Part shown: one piece after another, positions 57,118-64,000 of the stretch
Layout: every line of letters begins with the position of its first letter
Position numbering within the stretch: position 1 is the first letter of the stretch
IMG/VR virus record: IMGVR_UViG_3300005096_000058
Span: 1-64,000 of that record
DNA from: a virus
DNA: 64,000 nucleotides
Reading direction: 5' to 3' (one strand)
Translations under genes and position numbers: made by a program
Notes under the pieces: generated by a model
What the model was told of the DNA's origin: nothing
Seen by the model: only the letters and a program-made list of their open reading frames with translations
Database searches by the model: none

Positions 57118-57149
57118 GCTCCCACCCTACTCGGGAAGCTGCGACCGGG

Positions 57150-57428
57150 CTACTGGACAACGTAGAGCTCAACCGCTTTTTTCTGTGGAGCGCCGAAGCT
57201 TTTAGCCAAGGCGGATTCAAGGTCGGCAGCGTCAGGGAGCGCGTGCCTGGCCGCGAGCTCGCCGTCTGCACGGATGTCGTAGAACGTCCCCGTGAGCTCG
57301 GGGCTGTTACGCTCGATCTCCAGGTTGCGCTTTCCAGACACCCAAGCCCGCGCGTACGCGCCAAGCACTTGCATACCAAAGTCCGTGAACGATCCGTCTG
57401 CGTTTTCAGTTGGTAAGGTCATAGCCAA
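57150..57428 (-). CDS. hypothetical protein
   Basis: Small ORF between the polyvalent genes; contains LAKS. Confidence 0.5.
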   Translation of the reverse strand: MAMTLPTENADGSFTDFGMQVLGAYARAWVSGKRNLEIERNSPELTGTFYDIRADGELAARHALPDAADLESALAKSFGAPQKKAVELYVVQ

Positions 57429-59914
57429 CTCTTTTCATCTTCCAGTTCGAGTAGGTGGGTGACGGGGCTGTCTTCACCTAAAAATTTCACAGCCACCGCT
57501 AAACGTTCCTCGTCGTCGGTAGCATTTCCCCAGGCGGACCATCCTTCCTCACCCATCTGCTCATCAGGAATGACTACAATAGGGACAGACACACCGGCCG
57601 CCTTGGCCGCAGCAACTCTATGCGAACCGGTCCAAGCGTCTGGGCGGACAGGATCGCCAGAAACCACGACGGGGGCGCCCACAAATTCACCTTGGGCGCG
57701 GAAGCGGCGCTCAATCGATTTTAATTTGTCCTGGTCGCGTACCTCGTGGAGGGGGTTGATCCGACTAGCTTGTATACTGCGCTGGCGCCTAATTGCGTGG
57801 CCTTTTAGATTCGAAAAATCAGCTGTATCTTTCGTATAGGGGATCGTGTGCTGTGGGTCGGCCCACTTGCCCCCTCGCGGTCCCAAGAACAAAGCCTTGT
57901 CTAGTAGATCGTCGCCACTCTTAGTGCCGAGGTCAATCGGTTTGCGTTCCTCGTCGTTCTCAATGATCCGCGCTGAATCATCTTCGATGGGCCAACGGGG
58001 CCTGCCCTCTTGCTGCGTCGGGTGCCACTGGCCTTCGGGCTGACGGACAGCGCCGCGGTTGGTAGGTACGTCGCGCATCTGGAAACTGATCCGCGCCACC
58101 TCACGCTTGTGCTCTTCCGCGCGGTTCTCCGTCTCGTCGGGTGTGATGATGTTCTTGGTGTTCTTGTAGGCATCGGCGATCGCGTAAATCTGCGTGTCGA
58201 CACCCGCCCCAAAAACATAGATGCTGGGGTCGCGGCGGACGATGACATCGCCATGATGTTGCGCCCCTTGGAGGTATTCGCGGACACCTGCGACGTCATG
58301 AGGGTTGTGCGGCTTGGCCGGTAGCTCGGCCTGAATGTTGACCCCGCCGCCGCTGCCTTCTTTGAGGATGAACTGCCCGCCGCCAACGGCGAAAGCTGTA
58401 CCGCTCACACCCTCGACGTAGGGGACACCCTTCCGCATGAGGGTCACCGCTCGTCTGCGGATCTTAGGCCGAATTGTGAACCGCGCGTCTGGACGGAGAG
58501 GAGGAGGCACCGGCTCCACGTAGTTGGGGTTGGGCACCACGAACTCAGGGGTGGCTTTTGACAACTTGCGCGGGTTGGCCAACGTGGTGGTGAGCTTGTC
58601 TTTGAGCTTGCCCACGCTCATCGTCGTCATGCTTCCGAAAAAACCTTCGTCATCGTAGTTGGCGAGATAGGCCGCTTTGGCCTCCCCTGCCGACGAAAAA
58701 CCAAGCATAACCTTGTCCTCGTCGTAGCCCTCAAACTTCCCCTCTAAGGTGCGCTTGCGTTGGTGCACGACGTACGCCTTCGATGCAAGGGGGTTGGGTC
58801 CGACGAAGCAATCGACGTGATCACCGTCGACACCAAGCGTGCGCCGGATGTAGCCGTAGGGCCAAAGCATCACGCTGGCCCCTGAAGTCTTGTTCTTGTG
58901 GTCCTTCCAAAAGCGCAGTCCACCCGCGCCGTTCTCGATGGCGATGTCCATGCCTTGGAATTGCAGCTCCCCGTCCAGACGGTACGCCTTCACCAGCGCG
59001 TCCATATGCTGGTCTTCTGCTCGCAGCGCTTTCTCCACGTCGTCAGCAGCACCCTCGTACTCAACACCAAACTCGCCGCCTGGCACCATCGTACCATCTT
59101 CGTCGTAGCCCCATCCTGCGGGGACGCGAACAGCCTGGCACTGGCAATTGGGATGAATTGAGCCAATGCTTGGTACCCAGTCCGCTGCTTTCTTCCCCAC
59201 GTTGGACCCGGGGGCGCCCAACTGAGACAGCTTGAAGATGATCGGGGCACCGTCGGGGCCTAAACTCAATCTGAGGCAGTGTTTGCAGGCGTCGGGCATG
59301 GCGATCAGAGAGACCCGGGCGTCCTCACCATATTGTTTGCGGAAACCGTCGGCGACGCCTTCCTGCATGACGTTGTGCTTCTCCGTGACGGCAATGCGGT
59401 CGAGGTTGCGGGTCCAGTCCTGCATGGCGTGCCCGAGCTTGCTCTTGAGCGTACCCACCGTGCTGCGGCTAGCCACATTCTCAGAGGTGCTCGTCTGGAT
59501 GTCAGCTTGAAGTTTTTTGCGCTGGGCCTGGTCAGCTTCGATCAGGAGCTTGCCCGTCTGGATGTCGATCGTGTTCCCCAGCCCCTGCACGTACTGGGCG
59601 GCATTGATCTTAGCCGTCTGGATGGCCTGCTCCTCGACGGCAGACAATGGGATGGGGTTTTTGGCGAGTTCAGCCTTGACCTTGTCGAGGTCCCAGGTAG
59701 GCATATTTGGATCTTGAAGCTTGGCCACCAGCTGGCCGTAGGTGTACGCGGTTTCAAATAGATCTTCGTGGCCCTCTAGCAGCCCCGCGCTCTTCAGATC
59801 AGCCACAACTCCAGCCGGAATAGCAGTCGGACCAAAGACGTCGACGACAAAAGCAGCGTTGTGCTTCTGGATGACCTCCTTCACCAACTGCATGAGTTCC
59901 GGGGTGAGCTTCAT
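57419..59914 (-). CDS. MuF-like minor head protein fused to InPase-like and ParB-like domains
   Basis: RIA.TE...AC..C...HPNCQC (MuF); IEN..G..R...YGYI..T.G.DGD.VD.F.G...DE.KVMLGF (InPase); P.VV....GSHR.AAA...G (ParB/Srx); ATGA-coupled start. Confidence 0.8.
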   Translation of the reverse strand: MKLTPELMQLVKEVIQKHNAAFVVDVFGPTAIPAGVVADLKSAGLLEGHEDLFETAYTYGQLVAKLQDPNMPTWDLDKVKAELAKNPIPLSAVEEQAIQTAKINAAQYVQGLGNTIDIQTGKLLIEADQAQRKKLQADIQTSTSENVASRSTVGTLKSKLGHAMQDWTRNLDRIAVTEKHNVMQEGVADGFRKQYGEDARVSLIAMPDACKHCLRLSLGPDGAPIIFKLSQLGAPGSNVGKKAADWVPSIGSIHPNCQCQAVRVPAGWGYDEDGTMVPGGEFGVEYEGAADDVEKALRAEDQHMDALVKAYRLDGELQFQGMDIAIENGAGGLRFWKDHKNKTSGASVMLWPYGYIRRTLGVDGDHVDCFVGPNPLASKAYVVHQRKRTLEGKFEGYDEDKVMLGFSSAGEAKAAYLANYDDEGFFGSMTTMSVGKLKDKLTTTLANPRKLSKATPEFVVPNPNYVEPVPPPLRPDARFTIRPKIRRRAVTLMRKGVPYVEGVSGTAFAVGGGQFILKEGSGGGVNIQAELPAKPHNPHDVAGVREYLQGAQHHGDVIVRRDPSIYVFGAGVDTQIYAIADAYKNTKNIITPDETENRAEEHKREVARISFQMRDVPTNRGAVRQPEGQWHPTQQEGRPRWPIEDDSARIIENDEERKPIDLGTKSGDDLLDKALFLGPRGGKWADPQHTIPYTKDTADFSNLKGHAIRRQRSIQASRINPLHEVRDQDKLKSIERRFRAQGEFVGAPVVVSGDPVRPDAWTGSHRVAAAKAAGVSVPIVVIPDEQMGEEGWSAWGNATDDEERLAVAVKFLGEDSPVTHLLELEDEKSWL

Positions 59915-60339
59915 CCCAGGCGGCCACGCGGCGTTGGGCACGTGATGGCCCGGTCGTGGTCAAGCGGGAACGCCTTGAGCACGATCTTCGGCTTACTAAA
60001 AAAGAACTCACGGATGCGCTGCTTGAGAGGTGGTCGGTACGCGGGCAGACCGGAAGCGATGCGGTGGTGCTCATCAAGGGTGTTAAACATGGGCGCCTGC
60101 TTAATGTCACGCCAGAACTCCACGTGCTCCATCTTAAAACTGACGCTGCGTAGCGTCAGCTCCAACGGCTCCGCGCGCCAGCCCACGCCTTGGGGGGGTA
60201 ACGTGAGCGCCTCAAGTACCTCACCATGTGTCAACCGCGTGACCGGCTTGTACCCGAGGTCCAGGTTAGCTGCGAGCATGGCACCAGCAATACCAATACC
60301 AAGCTTCTTAAAGAATCCGCGACGTGTATCTGACATCAT
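59911..60339 (-). CDS. hypothetical protein with twin-arginine (Tat) signal-like N-terminus
   Basis: TRRGFFKKLGIGIAGAMLAA; ATGA overlaps at both ends. Confidence 0.55.
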   Translation of the reverse strand: MMSDTRRGFFKKLGIGIAGAMLAANLDLGYKPVTRLTHGEVLEALTLPPQGVGWRAEPLELTLRSVSFKMEHVEFWRDIKQAPMFNTLDEHHRIASGLPAYRPPLKQRIREFFFSKPKIVLKAFPLDHDRAITCPTPRGRLG

Positions 60340-60797
60340 TTTGAGTCTGCTTTCTTTGTCGACTCCGTGAACAGATCGCGGAGCTCGTTGACGCTCATGC
60401 CGTAAAGCGGGCCGCCTTCTTCGAAGTCTTCCGGGGTGTAACCCTGACCAATGAGCGCAGCCTGCATCTTGTCATAGGCAGCTTGCTCCTCGTCGACCAT
60501 TTTGGCCGTGTAATCTGGGCTCGCTGTTGCGCTCTTGACCATGTGGCCGTCCACCGTCTGGACAATCTCTGTGATCATGCGATCGAAACCGCGTTGGGCT
60601 CGGGCGCGCATTTTCGTGTGGAGGTCGCGAAGCGCCTGGTGCTTGAGGACGGGTTCGTGCGCGGGGGCCGTGGCCGCCTTCTGCAGCCGGTCAGCGAGCG
60701 CAGGAGCATCCTCCCCGAGCGCTTTGGCCATCGCGTCGAGCAACTCCGACCCACGCTCACGCAGCTCCTCAGGCGTAGCTTCCAGACGCAATTTCAC
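60336..60797 (-). CDS. hypothetical head-associated protein
   Basis: GTGA-coupled start; LQKA and MVKS motifs. Confidence 0.55.
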   Translation of the reverse strand: MKLRLEATPEELRERGSELLDAMAKALGEDAPALADRLQKAATAPAHEPVLKHQALRDLHTKMRARAQRGFDRMITEIVQTVDGHMVKSATASPDYTAKMVDEEQAAYDKMQAALIGQGYTPEDFEEGGPLYGMSVNELRDLFTESTKKADSK

Positions 60798-61195
60798 GGC
60801 AGCGCGTCTCCCCACACAGCCCAGATGAGACGGAGGTCTGCGATCGGGGTGACGATCAAAGCGGAGACGTCGCATTCCATAAAAACTTTAGACTCAGCAA
60901 ACACGGCAGCGCTGGCCCCTGTTGCCCCGCGCCGCACCTGGAACGGGCCGGCGCCGTTGATCAACAGATCGAAGTCCCCTGTGGCGCGAAGGAAGAAACC
61001 TTTACCCACCGTCACCACTGCGCCAAACGGGACGGTGAACGCACCATCTGACGAGAGCAGATTTTTGGCGTCGCTGGTCTGTGAGGTGAACCCATCGAGG
61101 ATCGCCTCAGAGAGGGCATCGTCCAGACCCAGCAACACGTTCTTGCCGTCCGCGTCTTCGGTGATCTTGGGATTAACTGTGTGCCTGATACGCAT
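60794..61195 (-). CDS. hypothetical protein
   Basis: GGAGG SD; directly downstream of the portal. Confidence 0.6.
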   Translation of the reverse strand: MRIRHTVNPKITEDADGKNVLLGLDDALSEAILDGFTSQTSDAKNLLSSDGAFTVPFGAVVTVGKGFFLRATGDFDLLINGAGPFQVRRGATGASAAVFAESKVFMECDVSALIVTPIADLRLIWAVWGDALP

Positions 61196-61204
61196 GACGC
61201 CCTC

Positions 61205-63994
61205 CTATAGGTCGAGGTCGATGCTCACAATACCCGGCACCGCCGCTGGTGTCCCCTGCCCCCCCAAAGCCTGTGAGGACCAGCTGCCTTTGCCGAATGG
61301 ATTTCCTCCCCCAGACGAGCCCTTCTTGGCTTCCTCATCGGAGGTGGCAGCTGCGCCGTCCTCAGCATCTGCTGCGTTCTCGTTTTGGATGCCATCGAGT
61401 TCACCACCGAATGCGGCGTCCGTGCCGTCGTCCTCCGCAAAGTCTCCGGTGCCCATCTCCTGCTGCGCCGCCATCGTCTTGTTTTGCATCCAGACAGCGT
61501 GGAGAATGACTTGCCCCTCTCCGTCTGGAAGCGGCGGGAGATCTTCCTCGGCACGCACCTCGTCGACCATCTTGTACGATGTCACCTGCTTTGTATTGAG
61601 GTCAGCGAGCTCGTCTGGGGTTTGCGCGTCCAGACCGACAAAAGCGAATTCGAAATCTTCGTCGATGCGGTGAACGAGGAAGGAGGACAACCGGTGCTGG
61701 ATAAATCGGAGAAGGGGCTGCAGCCCTTTGTCTTTGGACTGCGCCAGCTTTTGCTTGTTGCTCGACTCAAACATCGAGCCGCCGCTGCCCCCGCTGTCCC
61801 CATATTTGAAGTTGATCTCCATCGGATCCATGCCGTAGATCGCGCACGCCACCTTGATCAGGAAATCAAACCACGCGCTGAATTCCATGTCGCGGTTGGA
61901 TTGCTGCAGGTTGATGTATTGGAGCTCCTCCGCATTTGTGATCGGAGTTTTGAATGCGTTCTCGACGCCAGCGACCATCGAATACCAATGACGGCGAAAA
62001 GCGCGCAGCTGTTTCTCAGGCACGGCACCTTTGAAGTTGATGATGCCTTTGGTCGACGTGCCTTGGCTGTTGTGCACGGCCATGTGGTTGAGCACGAACA
62101 GGTGCTCGTCGTTGAAAACCTCGACATCGAACATCTCACGATCTTCGTCGGCGTGACCAACAACCTCAACCGGCACCTGTAGGTAGCGCAGCCACGCGGG
62201 CTCCTCAGCACCGAGGCGTTGCAGAAGGTGGATTGCGTAGGCGCGGCTCATCGTCACGCGTCCCCCCGACGCTTTGCGGGCCATGTCGCGCTCCGCAACA
62301 GAGAGGGACTTGTAGTTGTCGTGCTTCCAGACGTGCGTACCAAGGTTGCGGCTCAAGTGCGGGTGCAACCGGTCCCAGCGATCGCGCTGAGCAGGACTGC
62401 GTTCAATCCCCTCGTTTTTGTACGCCTGCAAATAACCCACGGACGACGTGAAAGAGGCGATGTCCTGCACGGTGATGGTACCGTGTCGGCTCGCAGCTGT
62501 GCCTCCACCCACAAGGTTTGAAGCCACGCCCACCGACCACAAACACTTGAGGATGTCCTGCGCCAGAGCCGGATCGGAGGAATGCACGCTTGGGGTACGG
62601 TAACCTGTGGCGTGTGTGGCGGTGCAGCCATCAGCACTGAAGATGCCGCGGAGCAAAGCGGCACGGATGTGCGCTGGCTGGCGGTAGACACTTTCAGGGA
62701 TGCGCTTACCCTCACGAGACGGGCGGAAACCAATGTCACGCAGCCAGCGGTGGAACGCTGTGTGGCATATTTGCAACGCTGGGTAACCAAACTCGCCATC
62801 GCTACGCTCGATGGTTTTGTTGATCACACGGTCGGTGCAATGAATACCATGCCTCACGCAAACAGCCTTAAACCGTTCGAAGAGATCAGCATCACGAGAA
62901 TAGTGCGGGAAGACTTGCAACCAGCTGGGGGTGTCTCGCCCTTCATCGGGGAAGTACCCATCACCTAGCGCGAAGCCCATGAACTCCCAAAATTCAGGGT
63001 CCTCAATGAGCGCTTTCGTGGGGCGGAAGTCGCGTCCTGTTTTTCGATCGGTGTCGTAAACGCGGTCGACGAGGAGGGTCTCATAATCGAATTCAGGGTC
63101 GGAGCGCTCATAGCTGACCAAGGCGAAATCGCCGGCCTGCAAGTCTTCTTGGCGGACCCATTCGGGATCACCATCACGGGAGCTCGCTGGGATCACGCGG
63201 TACCTATGGTCGGGACTGGTGGTGAGCTCCAGCCCATTCCACAATGTGGTGACCGCGGTGACCTTCTTGCCTGTGGGGAAAGCGCGCGCCTCCCCCCAAG
63301 TGCCTGGGCCAGTGCTGGCCACGAAGTTTTTTCCAGACAGATCCCTCAAAGGGATCAACCCTTCTGATGTGGTCACCAGCCCGTCGCCATCCGCACAAAA
63401 GAATTTCTGATTATAGTCCCATGACCAAAGTAACGACGTCACCGTCGAGATCAACATCTCTGTTTCGGCAATCCCGTACCCTTGGTTTCGGATGTCCGTG
63501 ACCGGATTGCGAACACCAAAACACATCTGATCAGCGCCATATTCGGCTGTGACCAGGCCGTCGTAGATCTGGACGTAGCGGGTCTCTTCGGGTGTGCCTT
63601 GGTAGTAAAGCTTGGTTGTGTCCGCGATGCGCAGCGTGGCGCCGTCAACGGCGTAGAAGTCGTAAGGCTTGTCACCACGATCTTCCCGCACCTCGAAACC
63701 CAGTTGGTCATAGGTCAATGCGTCGCGCACGATCTTGCGCAAGAACGTCTCAAAATTGTCGCGAGCATTGGGTGTGCCGCGGTCGTTGACCTTGCCCGTT
63801 GTCATCACCCAGTTGGTGATCTCTTTGCTCTTCTTTTCGCTGGCCTTAGAGGGGGAAGCCTTGCGATCACGCAACTGGATGCGAAAGCCTGTCTGGAACT
63901 TGTCCTCCTGCGGCAGACTGAAATTGGCCATCTGGTCGGTGCGCGTCTTGATGATCGCCTGGATGATCGGCATGCGGAAGACCATCGCCGACAA
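61205..63994 (-). CDS. portal protein (probably 5'-truncated by the window) containing an intein
   Basis: FLRKIVRD.LTYDQ..FE, AVDGATLR, RNP.TD....GYG..E.E, YNQKFF/SQG...KGI, DMEF..W, SKDKGL.PLL; frame is open to the window edge. Confidence 0.9.
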   Translation of the reverse strand: MSAMVFRMPIIQAIIKTRTDQMANFSLPQEDKFQTGFRIQLRDRKASPSKASEKKSKEITNWVMTTGKVNDRGTPNARDNFETFLRKIVRDALTYDQLGFEVREDRGDKPYDFYAVDGATLRIADTTKLYYQGTPEETRYVQIYDGLVTAEYGADQMCFGVRNPVTDIRNQGYGIAETEMLISTVTSLLWSWDYNQKFFCADGDGLVTTSEGLIPLRDLSGKNFVASTGPGTWGEARAFPTGKKVTAVTTLWNGLELTTSPDHRYRVIPASSRDGDPEWVRQEDLQAGDFALVSYERSDPEFDYETLLVDRVYDTDRKTGRDFRPTKALIEDPEFWEFMGFALGDGYFPDEGRDTPSWLQVFPHYSRDADLFERFKAVCVRHGIHCTDRVINKTIERSDGEFGYPALQICHTAFHRWLRDIGFRPSREGKRIPESVYRQPAHIRAALLRGIFSADGCTATHATGYRTPSVHSSDPALAQDILKCLWSVGVASNLVGGGTAASRHGTITVQDIASFTSSVGYLQAYKNEGIERSPAQRDRWDRLHPHLSRNLGTHVWKHDNYKSLSVAERDMARKASGGRVTMSRAYAIHLLQRLGAEEPAWLRYLQVPVEVVGHADEDREMFDVEVFNDEHLFVLNHMAVHNSQGTSTKGIINFKGAVPEKQLRAFRRHWYSMVAGVENAFKTPITNAEELQYINLQQSNRDMEFSAWFDFLIKVACAIYGMDPMEINFKYGDSGGSGGSMFESSNKQKLAQSKDKGLQPLLRFIQHRLSSFLVHRIDEDFEFAFVGLDAQTPDELADLNTKQVTSYKMVDEVRAEEDLPPLPDGEGQVILHAVWMQNKTMAAQQEMGTGDFAEDDGTDAAFGGELDGIQNENAADAEDGAAATSDEEAKKGSSGGGNPFGKGSWSSQALGGQGTPAAVPGIVSIDLDL
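62069..63397 (-). mobile_element. intein with LAGLIDADG homing endonuclease (443 aa) in the portal
   Basis: Starts at Cys (CADGDGLV), block B TTSPDH, endonuclease motifs GFALGDG and LRGIFSADG, ends MFDVEV...VHN followed by Ser; removal restores YNQKFF-SQGTSTKG. Confidence 0.92.
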
Positions 63995-64000
63995 CGTCGA

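Larger units (their letters stand above)
1344..63897. repeat. dispersed over-represented 8-mer YGTCTGGA/TCCAGACR
   Basis: Manual count of about 75 CGTCTGGA and about 28 TGTCTGGA over both strands, e.g. near 1344, 1363, 1416, 4798, 4825, 4897, 9961, 10581, 27521, 27584, 28802, 28816, 40291, 40321, 59492, 59555, 59615. Confidence 0.9.

Noticed and set aside
60483-61673. Long plus-strand ORFs here and at 34218..35216, 48108..48884 and 51394..52317
   Set aside because: They overlap well-supported, coupled minus-strand genes, have no motifs, and are expected in GC-rich DNA.
1344-63897. The 8-mer as a Chi site or stoperator
   Set aside because: Those elements are strongly oriented relative to replication or transcription, whereas this motif occurs on both strands in similar numbers.
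1-64000. Stop-codon reassignment, tRNAs, integrase, reverse transcriptase/DGR
   Set aside because: Genes are full length under the standard code and use all three stops; no cloverleaf, recombinase or RT motifs were recognised by eye.

Overview
The window is a 64 kb segment of a large, high-GC (about 59% by eye) contractile-tailed dsDNA bacteriophage. Its capsid, portal and sheath look SPO1/Twort (Herelleviridae)-like; the host cannot be determined from this sequence. All credible genes are on the minus strand and many are translationally coupled. In transcription order: portal (with a LAGLIDADG intein); putative head-packaged polyvalent proteins (MuF-InPase-ParB and a 2226-aa kinase/DUF2924/ART-like protein); Com-like zinc ribbon; prohead protease; scaffold; major capsid; about 10 kb of decoration/fibre-like genes ending in an ACP-like protein and a patatin phospholipase; neck and tail-completion genes; sheath; tube; HNH endonuclease; tail chaperones; tape measure; baseplate; tail fibre; holin/spanin-like genes. 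A replication module follows: initiator-like protein with a candidate iteron origin, SF2 helicase, Hfq-like protein, DnaB, primase, RHH protein, sigma factor, DUF2924 protein, DNA polymerase A, UvsY-like protein and gp32-like SSB. The most striking unexplained signal is a dispersed non-palindromic 8-mer, YGTCTGGA/TCCAGACR. I count about 100 copies by hand, on both strands and in all reading frames, often in spacers and gene starts, with none in two ~4 kb blocks. All protein calls come from motif recognition by eye; no searches were run.
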